64,000 nucleotides of DNA from Aplysia californica (Eukaryota). This document shows positions 1-14,660 of the stretch, piece by piece. Each line of letters starts with the position of its first letter. Position 1 is the stretch's first letter. The DNA lies in contig NW_004797297.1 of assembly GCF_000002075.1 (NCBI RefSeq), positions 1,785,323-1,849,322 of the forward strand, read 5' to 3'. Position numbers and translations under genes: made by a program. Below the pieces are notes generated by a model. It had not been told where the DNA came from. It did no database searches and saw only the letters and a program-made list of their open reading frames with translations.

Positions 1-288
1 AGTGTTCGTTAGGCCTATAGCAAATATGGCGTTTTTGCGTAGATAACTTCAGGCACCTAGCAAGGTATGTTTAATCTATTCGACTTTCTCAATCTAATCT
101 AAAACAGTTTGGTTTCAAATGAGAGGCACCGTCTACCATCCCTATAAAAGCATTATTTGCCGGACAGGTTATGGCGCTGTGTAGAGTCTAGCATATGGCA
201 ACATTGGATTCCACAGTCTAAAACGCAATAAATTGAAATAGATCTATGTTTAGACTAGCTTATCATTGTAATAAATATTGAAAGGCTG

Positions 289-827
289 ACTGCCAATCAG
301 GCTTCTCAATTTTCCAGGGGGGCTGATCCATTTCTCAGGGGCATGTTACATAACAACGACAGCGCATGCTCCATTTATACATACACACACACGCGCGCGC
401 ATGTAGGTACATTATGCGCGCGCGCATGTAGGTACATTATATCCAGTCAGCAACATGTCGGCGTGGCACTGGGATACTGTGTGACAAGTATTTCAGTCTG
501 TTCTTACTTATTTATATTATTTTCCCCTCATCATATTCGCCAATATAAACTTTATAAAACTGAATCTTGTTTTGAGCCTGAGAAAAGGCATAGAACCAGA
601 ATATCGACTGGTAAGAACCAGCTTGAGTGTCAAGATTCATTTAGGCCTAATAAACGTGAAAAAAAAAAATATATTGCTCAAACTCAAAGTAGAGTAATAA
701 CTTGAATGGCTGAAGTTCAGCGCAAGAGGTGTAAGAACTGTGGGAGGGCAAGATGCAGTGACACTGAGAATGAGAATCTGCGAATCTTGAACAGAAAGCT
801 AAAATATAGATAATACATGTAATTTAC

Positions 828-884
<57 letters not shown>

Positions 885-1572
885 AAAAAAGTGTGCAGTT
901 GAGGAGGTCACACTTCTCTAAAAAAACAACAACCCCAAAATAAAGACAATGAAACAAACGTACTAGATCTAGATTCTATCACCCATCCAATGAAACGCGA
1001 ACCTTTTGGTTAAGAAACACGGCTTACATACAAGGTATGAGTATGACGGATCCCAATTCCACACAAGGCCTGCACCAATGCGCGATTTGCAGAAAGCTCT
1101 AGTAATAATAAAAATTCTAAATACTAAAACTTAAACTTGCTTCCAAGTTCAGTTTTTGTCATCCGGTGTTGCCGTCAACATCAACCCCACCTCTCTCCCC
1201 CGACTGTATCTTTAAAAAAAAAAAAGAAGTCAAGAATCCCCCCTTTCCGGAGCCCTATACTTCGCAGCGCTCAGACTGTGAATGAACTTTGATGACCCCA
1301 ATGATCACCGGTACTAACAATGTGATGCAGACTCACAGGTTCACTGACCGGTCACGACGGCGAGCCCGACAAGACGCTTGTATAACTTTCTTTTTTCCCC
1401 CCGCAAGTTACAGCAGAGGACTAGTATTGATTTATTTTCAAGGCGATGGCAACAACCTGCCCTTTACAAATGTTTCGCTAATCTGACTGCTACCGGCAAA
1501 TTTCTGGGTGGTAACGAAGGTGAAAGTAGATCGAGCTTTGGTATCAGATTCCCTTCCGCTTGCCGCCATAGC
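289..1572 (+). repeat. Old interspersed element, copy 1 (copy 2 at 19886-20881; fragment near 34080-34160)
   Basis: Long collinear similarity, e.g. TGTTTTGAGCCTGAGAAAAG and CACTGACCGGTCACGA..GAGCC.GACAAGACGCTTGTATAACTT. Confidence 0.75.
834..881. repeat. (GA)n microsatellite
   Basis: Read directly. Confidence 0.95.
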
Positions 1573-1984
1573 CGCCCATTCTCGTGAAACCTACTCTCAG
1601 ACTGGGAAAAGCCGAATGATATCACAATCGCGACCGGCAAAAATGAACCCAAAGACGTTATCCGATTTTGTTTATAAATGTTCGAGACAGTAGCTAAGGC
1701 CTGTATGCGTGCTAACAAAGCGTGTGTTGGTGTGAAAGAAGGCAGCTGATTGGTCACATGAGATATATCTAAACAAAAGCCTAAGCGAATAATGGTTCAC
1801 TATGCAGATGCCAAGTATGGTTTCCAGGAACATATATATGATAACTTACATAAGGTTTGTTGGGGTGAAAAATGAGCGAAGCAACGCCAGTGGGGGCTGT
1901 TCACCCTGCATGCAACTTCGTTGAATCCGAGCCTACTCATTGTTGTGTCCGTTGAACCCGAGCTATTTTTATTGATCTTTATGA

Positions 1985-2606
1985 ATTAAAAATTGTAAAA
2001 CAGATGGGCACTACCTTATGGCGTCCGAGGCACAATGCAGTGGTTGCCTGGCCATTCTGGAGTACCAGGGAATGATACTGCAGACCAGCTATTAAAGACT
2101 GGAGCAAGCCTGCCCCAGACAGACACAGCTGCCTCTTTACAGGCCTACAGTATATTTTAGTGTCTCTGGGATCACCCAAGCCAAAAGCAGACGAGTGGCT
2201 AAACAGATGGGCCAACGCAGAAACAGGAAGATTTCTCTTCGGGCAAGTGGGCAAACCCAACCCCAACGACCCATCGAATCTCTTATGTAGAGCTGATCAG
2301 ATTTTGATCTTCAGAACGCGCACAGGACACTTACACACAAACAAGCACATAAACAGAATTAATCCCATGTGGGAACCCAATTGCAGTCAGACACTGTGAC
2401 TACCACGAGGAGACCGTTGAACATCTCCTTCATTGCCCAAACCTGGCAATTCTTCGACGCAGGCTCCTACACGCACCTACAGACTTACAAAGCTTGCTCT
2501 ACTCTGGCGTTCACAGGATGACAAGGACATTTGGTTACACGAGGGAGGCATGGCGCAGCAAAGAGCGAAATGCTCGCAGCTAAAGGGATTTGAAAACAAC
2601 AACATG
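1985..2606 (+). mobile_element. Decayed 3' end of an RNase H-bearing LINE (I-group-like)
   Basis: QWLPGHSGVPGNDTADQL RNase H motif, RTGH, HC...ETVEH...CP knuckle, (CAA)n tail; frameshifted. Confidence 0.8.
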
Positions 2607-3748
2607 AATTTAAAAAATGGGGAATCCACCAACCCCCTTCGTTTAATCCGTGTTTTCTTCGTTGAAACAGAGTTTCGCTGTAAATGTAAAAGGTAAAGGC
2701 TCAATATAATAATTGGATTCAAAAGTTATTCACAAAAAACTATGATGTTTTTGTGTCGAACGAGCTATACTGTTGTTATTAATCCTACCCAACTTGGAAC
2801 AGACAGATGAGGGCAGACAATAGGATCTCTTGAGTTTATCGTGAAGCAGTGTGATTCTTCCGTCGGAAGAGGTTCGACACAAAAATAAACTGACCTGTCA
2901 TGTATACTTGAAATGGCACATTAGTCAAATTATGGTACTACCCTTAATATGAATACACCAGACTTGCCTGGAGCCGTACTTTTTCAGACACAAAGCCCTT
3001 GTCTGTCTATGAAACCATGACCAACTGTTTACGCTGATTTCCGAACAGGGACACATATACTGGATCAAATATTTGTTGTGCCTGACAATTCTAAAAGTGA
3101 GACATTTGCAGACTGAGCATAAAAAAGAACACCCCAGGAAGAACGAGAAAATGAAGCGTCAGCATCAAGTCAAATTACGCGTAAAACCCCCAATAAATTG
3201 TGCAATAAATTTCATCGTTTGATAATCAGGAAAGCAAGATGGGCTTTATAAACAATAAATCACAACACAAAATTATTGATTTTACGAAAGATCTTAACTT
3301 AAACTCGAGTGTCTTACCTTGAAGTTCATGAAAACTATTAAAATAAAATTGAACTTAAATTTGAATCACCTCCTGCATTTCTCAGCTCTCTGCCAACAGT
3401 TTAAGTTACCATAGCCGCTGACAACTTGGGAAAAAGAGCGATACTATTCCCATACACAAGACCGATGTCACTCATTTGATACCGATATTCGATAGGGTGA
3501 GCCTAAAATCAAGCACGGATCTAAATCAAAACAATTACTCGGTACAATTGCCACAGCTCAACAGCACCCATGCAGCAAACAGTAAGTGTAATGGTTCTCA
3601 ACCAAGAGCAATCTGAAGGGAACTTTTGATCGATTTCTCACCGTTTTTGGTTTTAGTAAGTTTAACGGCATTTGCAACAAAATAAGAATTTAGGATACAA
3701 ATATACTATAGGCCTAAGAGTAAGAGCCGAAGATTGTTATTTTTTTTT

Positions 3749-4255
3749 TTTTTAGTTGAGGTTTTACGACCATAAGGTGATATGAGCGCCAAGGGGTGGA
3801 TGTCAACAGAGAAGTACTTACAGGGCATCAGACTTACTCTGCTCACCTCACTACCTTCAACAGCACAAAGTCTACTTCGGCTATCAAGGCACCCCAGAAA
3901 TAGGGGGTCACAAGAGAGTGACAAACATACAAAAGAAGTAGAGGAAAATGACGATAGTAAAGAAGACTAAAGAAAAAGCAGCAGTTCCCAGTTGCAATTC
4001 CGGCCCGGTTATGAGCATGACATAGATGAATCAGCTCATTTACAATTCTGCAGTGAAACAGAACATGGTAATGTCCCCCCTTTGAGAATGACCTAAAGAC
4101 ACTTCAGTCAGTAGCACAGCCCCGGGGGGGATGTTTGGCGAAGATAAGAGGTGTAACAAGAGAGTAACAAACACAAAAAAGAAGGAGGGGAGAGAGAGAT
4201 GATTTTTTTTATAAGAAAGAAGGAGCAAACCACACCAGAGCGCCCGCCAACTATT
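3749..4255 (-). mobile_element. SINE-like repeat, third body type
   Basis: Matches 16880-17285 and, inverted, 47841-48250; shared tail. Confidence 0.75.
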
Positions 4256-7200
4256 CACTTTCTCACTGATTTCAGGACATCCTTCCCAATAATCTAAAGT
4301 TTACAATTTAAAGCAACTAATCAAATCGCAGAACACGGATGTAACATTGACAACTCACTGGTCATTTTTCAGTTAATGGATGTGAAATTTTGCTACTACG
4401 GATATGATGTGAAAATATTAAGGAAGTAAACAAAACTGCAGAAGTATTATAAATGATCAAAGTTTATTCACATTCCAAGATGAGCCTAGAGCTGCACAAG
4501 GGATCAATCAAATATCAAAGTTCTCATCAAGCACTTCCAACCAGCATACACTATCCATCACTCAGACACTCTCTAGTCCTACTTTGACAAATCAAACAGA
4601 GTCAACGCATATTTTTGTTCAGATTGAACTGCTCTCTCTCTCCTTATCTTTGTATCTCGACAATACAATGACACATACTCTAGACCTAATTTTAAAATTA
4701 GACTTCCATTTATGGGGCTGAAAATGGAGAACACTTGAGAAATTGCAATCACATAAAATCTAATCTTATGTACATCTGACTTAATTAAGACAAATTATGC
4801 TGCACACATCTATTGCAATTCGTCAATAATTATCAACAACATCAAGTACGTTGAATGTGTCATAACACTTGACTACTGCAGTCTGGATATGTCCGAAAAC
4901 ATTCAGTCACCCACTATTTGTCCCCCCCCCCCCCCCCCCCCATTTATAGTTTACAGGGTAACAGAAACCCATAAAATGGATCTGACAGAACAAAGACTAT
5001 TGTTCACTACTATAAACAGCTCTTTCAGAAGAACGAAGTGAAACTTGTGTGAAGAGGACTTCATTGTTATAGAAGTTTTTAAAAATTTCAATGTACTTAT
5101 TTTCTATTCAAAATAGATCACCACACAGACAGTTAAACAGCTGAGTATATCAAGGCACCCTATAACTATAATCTTTTAACGGTTTAGGTTTATTTTCTTT
5201 TTCCTCTTGTCAGATACCAAGAAAAGGTAAAAGCAAAGTAGCAAAGGAAGCAAGAAATTTAGCATCAATTAAAAGCACAGTGGCACTCACTGATCAGCAG
5301 TGTGTTAGGGATATTAACCTCCCTTCCATCTTAAGAAAAATGCCCTGGACAGTAAAGGCAAACGTCATTGAAGATCAGAAACAGACAGAAAAGATCAGTG
5401 GGCAAATTTATCGTCATGACAAACCATATATTTCAAACGCCCAAAACAGGAACAATAACATTTTTAGAATAAGTGCACCGTATGAGAACAACCTACAGAT
5501 GATGTTTATAGCAGTTCTTTTTTAAAGTTAAAAACTGTTCAAGTCTCTCGTACTTATACTGTACAAATACTGTCTATGCCAATATTAACAAAAGGCTATT
5601 CACATTATTCTGACCCAGAACAAGTTCACCAGAAACCAGTCCATGAATTTTTCTTTGATAGCAATTATTATAGTGATTTGAGAATATTGATATTATTCTG
5701 ACAAGAGGGAATGGGGTGCAACTCAAATGGGTTTAATTCACCACACACAGGAAAGGAAGCTGGAATTCACTTCGATAACTCAGCAAATAGACGCTCACTG
5801 CACATGACAAGTTTCTCCATAAACCGAATAAACTATGAGGAAAGAAAACTCCACAGAAAATGAAATATATAAGTAATTTTTTTTAAAAGTCAAAGACCTT
5901 CACTTCCACTGTTCGACAGAAAATCCCTTTCACATCCACAATGCGAAGCAATGATGGTAGACCCCATATTAAAATCAAAAGGAACAATCGAAAGTTTTTC
6001 TGACACGCTCACATGCTAAATCTACTAGCTTTTGAGCTATTTGACCAAGCATCGTTTGTTTCGTGCATAACATTAACAATCCCTCCCCCCAATCTTAAAA
6101 AAAATGTGCACTATGGTCACACACTATTGAAAGCATCTTCAGTGTGCAGGTCTAAGGCCACACAAGTAGCACTTAGTGGCATTCCTCTAGGTAAAAGTAA
6201 CAAAGCGCAAAAGCCCATGACAGCAAAGGAAAACATAATTTTAATAAAAACAGTTGCATATAACCAAAATAACATGGGAGGGGCATAAAGTTAGCTTTCG
6301 CATTCAAAATTTGACAAAAACTTATTTATTAAAGGAACTCTCACTCTATTGAAACTGCAAAAATTTTTAGGGAATAAAAAAAAAAAAAAGGAGATCTCTG
6401 AACATTGTACATGTTCATGCACGTGAAACACTATATTTAAACAACAAAAATGTGTCAGTCTATATTGACAAAATGAGAAAGGCATTGGAACCTGGTATCC
6501 AATGTCTGTCAGGTGGTTCCCCAGTCAGCCATGTAAGCAAATACAAATATTGATAAAAACAGGATTTTTTGTACACACACGCATATTTGGAAGCACAAAA
6601 TGTCCATTTAAATGCCACACATAATAATGAATCACACAATACAGTAATACAGTGAGTGCCCTGACACTTCGAAACAAAAGCTTCAGGGGTGAATTTCTTG
6701 TAAAGACCTCCATTAAACCCTTTTATCAAGTTCACAAAATGTGCACAACAATTTGCTTCATGAAAGGTTTTGTCTCAGTCAACTCACTGGAGAGACCCCA
6801 TTTCCATTCATGGCATCCTCATGATTGAAAGATCATAATGACTAGCTAAATCAAAAAATCCTTTCTGATTACTATGAAACAATGGAGAATTATAGTTTTG
6901 ACAGTACGATCTCATCTGAATGTCATGAGGTCCAGGGAGGCTACAGACACACATGATCTCCCCCCTCTTATGATCTTCTTCCCGAGACTGGAAAAAACTA
7001 CGGCATAAAAACCAGATCAAGAGTCACTAATACTATTTCTTTCACTGAGTATGAAACACTCTGGTATGTTTGCAGTAGGCCTACGGTCACGCTATTCCCT
7101 TCCAAAGATATGAACTGAGGAGTATTACAAAACAGGAAGAGCAATACAATCAAAATCACTTCACACCAACAGACGAACAAGAGTTAAAAGGGACAGTTTT

Positions 7201-10200
7201 CATCATTAGCAGCTCTTCTTCAGTCAACACAATAGGCCTTATGATGTATACAACAGAGATAAAGAAAGACGAGGCTTGACCAAACAATTGTATGTACAAG
7301 GATATGACCAGAGTCAAGACCTAACAGTAAGATCAGAACAACAGCTCTGCCTTCAGCACCAATGACATCTTCAAAATATGAGTTCAAATACAAGAGAATG
7401 CGAGGATGAAAAAACTAATGTAACAGTATTGTCTCCTGCAGTGTGCTGCCACCTCTCATGAAAATCTTTGATATTGCAAGGGGGGAAAGGGACAGATGCA
7501 ACAAACACTACTGATATTAAGAAAATGAAAACATTATTTTTAGCATAAACCCAATAATTAATTCTCAAAGCCCCTAATCGATAAAAGAACGGATGTTCAC
7601 AGACCAAAAATGAACAACAAATTTACCAAGAGAAAAAACTAAGAATTTCTTTCCTGCACACAAAGCAACAAGAAGAAAGAGGTTGATGGCCACTCCTCGT
7701 AATGCTTTAAATTTCCCCTACCCAATTGTTACTTTACTACTGGTCAGCTTTGAGTCAACAGTTACGTGACCAAAAAAAAAAAAAAAGCTGATAGGACGGA
7801 CTAACGGGCAAATGTGTACGCTATTTTTTGGCCACCGGAGCCACATTTCATTAATCATGTTCTGCTACAATTGTACTAGAAATGAGACAAAATCCAGTTA
7901 GGCATTTCACACTATGGAAGGATAACACATAGATACATTTGCGTATGACTATATACAGATGAAAGACGGTACAAACCAGAAGAGATGGGTCAAAGATGAA
8001 GGAAGTCTAATGTTGCCGGAGAAGCACACAAATTCAAGACAGAACTTATCCCATCAGGATGAAAGACCAAGCATGGCAAAATACACCTTACAGAGAAAAA
8101 GTCATATACAAATCTACTTCATTAATTCACACACAACATAATTGGGTTCAAATGACAGATGGACATGCTTTGATGAAATCCATCAAAGGAGTGGTAAGGA
8201 AATTAATTTAATACAAGCGCTCTTGAAATTATATACATCACTTTAACGGGATGCTGAAATGATCATACAAAGTTCTTCTTGGACTCAGGAGAGATGGAAG
8301 TGACGGAGAAGACATGTTAAGTGATTTATGTACATTTGAATCACAAAAATAAAAATTGAAAACGAATGCCGCCCCCTTATCAACACAAGTCTCCAGGGAA
8401 TTGCATAGATCAGGGCTATTTGTCCACATGGATGGTCTGCACATACAAGCAAGGGAACTTACAAAAGAACACTGAAAACTGTAACTGGATGTGAAAAGTA
8501 CTTTAAACCAATTCTAAGAGGCTGAAACGAATTGAAACAGGCCTATAAGCACGGCCATAGACAACAGCATACATAAATTCTTTATAAAAATTTATCCATA
8601 TAGTTTAATTCATTTAATTGCAACTTTCATCCCATTTCATGGCTTTTATTTATTATATTGGGACTGTACTAAATATCCCCCCCCCCCCCCAAACAAAACA
8701 AGACATCCCTGAATATAAGTTTCCTTAATAAGTAAAATGATAATGCAAACACTTTTTAAAATACCAACACATAAAATCTACATCAAAACAATATAAAAGA
8801 AGATTACATTGTACATCATTTAAAATTTTACACCCAGGAGTCCAACTATCAAGCACATCTTTAAATAATGAAGCATTTGTAAACAAATGTGAAGTCCTCA
8901 CAACAATCAAAATGCAACTCCTTGAATAACTTAGCACCTGTACATTTGAAATATTTAAACTTCTGACAAACGATAAACGTGAACATTGATGTTGAGAAGG
9001 GAAAAGGGGAAAACAAAGTAACCCCCCCCCCCCCCAAATCCGCAACTAAAAATGCGAGGAAAAGACGAAGAAAAAAAATTATAGGAAGACAAACAAAACT
9101 GAGCCTAACAAAGACTCACCCCCCCCCCCCAACAAGAAACAGCTATGTGAAGTTTTAAGATGCGCTTGATTATGCTTGAAATAATTTAAAACTCATGCTT
9201 TGTTATAAAATGAAAGCACATCCCAATTCGAAACAGAACAGAGAATCATGCAAGAAGAGAAAAATTTATGCACAAAATTATCAGAGCTAGAACAACTTCT
9301 TAGAACCATTTCTAAAAGACAGCGCAAATCCAATAACAATATCAACAACATTTCAAGCGAAGGAATATATCTGATTACAAAATAACATATCAATTCGAAG
9401 TGTTAAATTAAAGTATTCCTACATGTATGTACACATGTATAGTCAAGGGGTTGACTAACTTTAACAGCTGCACTCCCGTGAAATGACACAAGATTTTTTT
9501 GCAAGCAATCCAGCTTAAAATGTAAAACCCTTTACGCTGTCTTGAATCTCATAACCAAACGGCTGCTAGTAAAAGTCGCATTAAATCTAGACACACCACA
9601 AACAGTTGTCAAACAGTAAGTTTTAAAAAAAGCAAAAAAAACCCAACTAATTGTCAAAGAAAAACAAACACCCACCGCCAAAAGATTAGAAGAGCCCTGA
9701 AAAATGGCTTTAGACTAAAACATATTAATATACAAATTGATGAAAAGACAAGCATCCACTTCACCCTATTTAGAAAAATCACTATGAAAACTAACTACAA
9801 AAGCCCCTAGAAACAGAAGGTAGCTTAAATTCAACTAAACCTGGCATATTTCAGTTAGCACAACTCATTGTTCACAATTGTATCATCACTTACAAGAAGG
9901 GTAAATAAATACTTTACAGATGTATTTGTCACTGTGAAGTCATGCATTCTAGAACACTTTCTTTTGCTTGGCAGTACACATAACTTAGTCAACGGAAACG
10001 ATTTGAAATGAAAAACATTTAAAAAATTTTCAACATAGGTACAAAGGAGGCCAAAATGCTGTGCTTAAAGATATGATTTTTAGAAATGATATACACGAAG
10101 AAGTTTTCAACTTTAATTTCAGGCCACAGCTTTGTGCATTTCAAGGAAGCACAAGACTCCCCAATGTCCTTCCGAGATGCCCTGCCCCTGAAATTTTGGT

Positions 10201-10446
10201 TATCAAGCCACATGAATATGACAGGCAGGGAGTACAGAGCATTATGGGGTTTTGCCGAATAGCGCAACATGTATGCATGTTAGTTGGAGACAAAGAGTCC
10301 AAACATCAAGTCCACTGTACAGTAACCCTAACAGATTAGCAGTCTCCACAACTCTTGCACCGTGCACTAGAGAAATAGAAGAATGAATCTATCAATTTTT
10401 ATCAAAACAGCACAAATGAAATTACTGTGAAAGCTCTAAAATACAG

Positions 10447-10678
10447 ATGTTGTTGTTATCGATCCAGCAACATTTGGGCTCTCGCCCTTCTGTCCAATGC
10501 CATGTAGTGATATGTGCAGTTTTGCTGAAGTAGCTGTAATGTTCCGTAGAGTGCGTTATCAAAGTTAGGCCTCAGAGGGAGAAGTGTAGCTCTGATGTCA
10601 TTTAGGGCTGTACAGTGGAAAAACTTATGTTCCACTGTCTCATATGCATAGTCACACAAAGGACACATTGGGGAAGTT
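10447..10678 (-). mobile_element. 5'-truncated LINE 3' end (CCHC knuckle)
   Basis: CPLCDYAYETVEHKFFHC...RAQMLLDR* followed by (CAA)n. Confidence 0.8.
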
Positions 10679-11510
10679 TCTAAAATACAGATTAACTGAT
10701 CAACTTACTGTGAAGGTTGTTGACAACGGAGTAGGCTTACTTTAGTTTAAATGCGAGTTTTACAGCACTTGCAACACATTTAGGTCATAATATGAGTGTC
10801 AGAGATTAGAGGTGTAACTAGAGAGTAATATATGTGCAAAGAAAAGAAGGAAGAGAGATATGGACAACAGATGTTTGATAGGAAAGAAGCAAGCCATACT
10901 AGAGCACCCACGAACCACCCACACAAGAGTCAGCTGTCACTGAACTCTAACTATGGAAGTGAAGCAGCACTCGGTGTTCCCCAGCGGCCTTAAAATGAGA
11001 TCATTGTTCGCGTTTCTTGGTGGCATGTTACATTTTTTAAAAAAGAAAAAAGAAAGAATCCCTATTTGTTTCAAAAGGTCTACTAATGATATTGATAGCC
11101 ATATTAATTTGTACTCGGGAATGACAGAAGTTTAATTCATGTAAGCTTTCACGACTTTTGAGTTGTGTCATAGCATCAGCACGGGTATCAACACCCTCCC
11201 CCCCTCCAGGTAAAGCACTTACACACTCAAGTGAAGGTTATGTTGATGACCCGCAGAAATATACAACAGCATTCATTACACTGTAAAATTTCAAATACTG
11301 TGACACATGGCAAGAAACAAGATGTTAAGCAGACAAGACAGGTTCAAAACACACAAAAGACAATGAACAAATGTCTCATGAGGTGAGCTACATTTGTATC
11401 TTCTGTCTTCAAGTAAGACAGATGTTTTGTATTTCTGAATTCTAGATCAATATATAATTAGATGAATTTGGAACTTAGATTTAGGCGGGTTTTTAAAATA
11501 GTTAGAATAA

Positions 11511-12385
11511 AGGCACTGTCTGCGGCCGGCCGAACTATGTGGCCACTTCCCTTATAAAGTAAATAACTCAGGTCTTGCTTCATTTTCCAAACGGAAACCA
11601 AGCACCCGTGCTGCATCGGCATGAATCACATGTTCACAACACAGGTGGTCTTGATAGGCAGCAAAGTTTGAGAGTTGCAGTTGTTTGAAGAATTTGGTAG
11701 ATCAAAATATCCTAATAAAAAAGCCGAAGCTCAAGAATATCGCACCGTCGGGATCACTGACCTAATATATATATATATTTTTAGGCCAGTGGTCGGGATT
11801 CGAACCTTTTGGCCAAAGTCCGTCAACGACGAGGCCACCCTGCTGGTATGACTTCTTTAAAAAATTTAATAAAAATAAAAAACCCACAGTACACTACAAC
11901 CTCATGTTGGGAGGTCCTGGCGGCATACATATCCCCTTGTGATCACAATTAACCGTTTTAAGAAGTGATAGCTTTTGCTTGTTTTTCGGAACTATTTCTG
12001 AACCAAGATTTTTAGTAATGACTAAGCCTTTGTTTCCACTATTTAGAAGTTGGAGGCAAGCTTTTGGGAGTGCACTAGGTTTAGGTGACTGTAGAAAAAA
12101 CTCAGTGAAACGGTGGAAAAAACCCAGGGATTAAAGAGATAAGTTCCATGGCCGCATAGTGTGCCCTTGATGATCGCATAAAAGTGCCCTGATTGCAAAC
12201 TGGTCTTTTCACATGGTATTTTCGAATGATCATCTTTCTTGGCAATATAGCTGAGAATGCTCTAGACCACTATACATCTACTGGCCAGATGATGTGCAAG
12301 TTTGCAGGCCAAAATTCTTTTTCGTTATCACTATTTGTTTGATTTCTAGAGCAAATTAAGCGAGAAAAGGCCACAAATAGTGCCT
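11511..12385. mobile_element. Kolobok-like MITE in the putative 3' UTR
   Basis: TIR AGGCACTGTCTGCGGCC / GGCCACAAATAGTGCCT; flanks ATAA and TTAA. Confidence 0.6.
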
Positions 12386-14472
12386 TTAATCTAGCAGATC
12401 TACATTTCTAAAGCAAGCAGAGCAGACACCTCTAGTTCTAGGTCAAGAGACAGACTTGTGACAAAAAAAAAAAGAAAAGTAAAACAAAAACTACACTTAG
12501 GCATAAGAACTGCAATTGAAAAGTGGATTCTAGGCAAAATACATCCGATGAGCTTTGAAATAAGTGATTCTAAGTACAAAAACACATTTCTCAGTCTACT
12601 TTTGTAAGCGTGAGAAAGGGTGGACTCTCGCAAACAGAAAAACTATGATTTGTCTGCATGTTATCTAACAATTTTAAAAAGTTATTAAAAAATCAGTGCT
12701 AGAAATAATAAACCACCTGAATTTTACAGCTAAATGAGTCCGCTAAGCAGCAGCAGTATTAAAACAGGTACGGTACAGGCTGTATTTGGATATTTTCCTT
12801 CCACTTCAGAATATCCCACCCCTTAAAAACATATGTCACGACGTGGTGGAATTAGGTGCTCGTCAGTTTTTGGGCACATAGAGTTCAGTAAAATACACAC
12901 CGAAATGAGGCATGAAAGGTGTTGAGCCAAAACACAAAAAGTCTATAAAAATTCCCAAACCAGTGGAAAAAAGCCAGTTTCTTCACTTTCGTTATTTTGA
13001 CAAGCACCTGATTTCACCACACTGCCTCACATATATATATATGTCACGACAGACAAAAAATGGTAGCAGTGGGGTGCAAAATATGTCGCAACCAGTACGA
13101 TAAGGGTTCACACAGAATGCAAGAAAAAACAAATGATGCATTCAACCAAAGGTGGAAACATTATAAATGCATTAACTTTACATGCTCATTTAAACACACT
13201 GAACCATGCCTATTTTTAGTCATCCATCAATCATCCTTATAAATTATGCAAATTTCTAAAATTCACATAATTAATGAACCAGAAAAGATAAGGGCCTGAG
13301 GAGAATCGTCACAGAATTTTTATATTCAAAATCTTTTACATTAGCAAAACTTTTAAATAAAAATTCCAAATAACTTCAGGCTCCGGAGAAATTCTGCAGA
13401 GTACCATGAAAATGAAGAGATTGTGGAGTCTGTCGCTAAAACCCACAACAATATTTGGCACAAATTCTATGCCACCATGGTTTTAACTAAAAAGAGCATT
13501 CTGGCCAGTACACTGGTTCTATATTCATAGTATTAAAAAATGGGCAAATCTGGCCCCGATAACGATCAGGACTCGGAGTCAAGGCTCAAGTCTAAATATA
13601 GTTTTTGACCAAAATTCATTGATTAAAAACACCATAGAATGACAAATCTTCTGCACGTCATATACATCAGAAATACATGGCATAAACTTCTTCATATCAA
13701 ATGTGTTCGTCTTTGGTTCAACACTAATGTACAACAGAATGGTTCAAAGGGGAAAAGCATAATTTAGTCAGAGATTAACACATCAAGGTTATCATATCTA
13801 TAAAAACACCATAAATGCAGAAAGCGTCACATAGTTTCAAAAACTTTACTTGTGATGAAATACCAGAGCATGCCACAAAGAAGTCTGACAGCGTTCCTGA
13901 TTTATGAAGGCGTAGACAACATAATACGATCTGGTACACTGCAATATTTCGATACCATGAAATAAAGGATCCGAAGGCCAGTACAAAAAAAATTTTTGTA
14001 CCACAAATACAGAACCAAAATTAAAGGAAGCCAAATCTTCTCAGATTCCTCATAATACTACTTGTACTGTTCAAAAAAAAAAAAAAAAAAAAAAAAAAGG
14101 TGCTGTAAAGTGAAACACAATGATTTTGGGGACATTATACTTAAAAATTACTCTTACTCTATATTAAACTTATAGGTCATGCAATGAATCCAGACTACCC
14201 GAGGCTCATACAGCAACAGTGTAACAACACTGGATCACTTTGCTCTAGCTCACCGATTCTTTTGAGGGGAGATTTTGGTATCAGGGAACGACTGTAACCA
14301 CTTGACAGGCATCATAACAGCAGACTCATTGAAAGCATCAACTTCTCTCAACTTGTTTACATTTCCAGACATTATCAGGTAAATTAAATAACATACACAT
14401 GTTCAAACTAAAATAAAACATCTTCAAGAATAATACTCAAAGATAAAGGAATATTTGAAACAATAGATCAAG

Positions 14473-14660
14473 TTATGCAACATCCATTCGCCTGTAGAAG
14501 AGCAAATATGGCATGCTCCTATCACTGTAGTAAAGAACATCAGCTTCTTGAATGGGGACGATTTCACTGTCATCAAATCTCAGCCATCCACTCGCCACTG
14601 GCAGGAAAACGTCCGATGTATAGTGTCCATCATTCATCTTGCGGCCATGATGGTTTACCA
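14473..14660 (-). CDS. USP10: USP10 exon 15 coding part (His and Asp boxes, stop TAA)
   Basis: VVNHHGRKMNDGHYTSDVFLPVASGWLRFDDSEIVPIQEADVLYYSDRSMPYLLFYRRMDVA*; ttttccag|. Confidence 0.96.

Larger units (their letters stand above)
4445..14472 (-). other. Probable long USP10 3' UTR (up to about 10 kb), distal AATAAA at 4463-4468
   Basis: No recognisable host coding exons; continuous T-rich minus-strand skew; AATAAA followed by a T/G-rich tract. More proximal signals near 6325 and 8645 are alternatives. Confidence 0.45.

Noticed and set aside
1-70. Start of a + strand gene (AAATATGGCG, donor AAG|gtatgt at 65)
   Set aside because: The ATG is followed by a stop after 6 codons and no downstream exons could be linked
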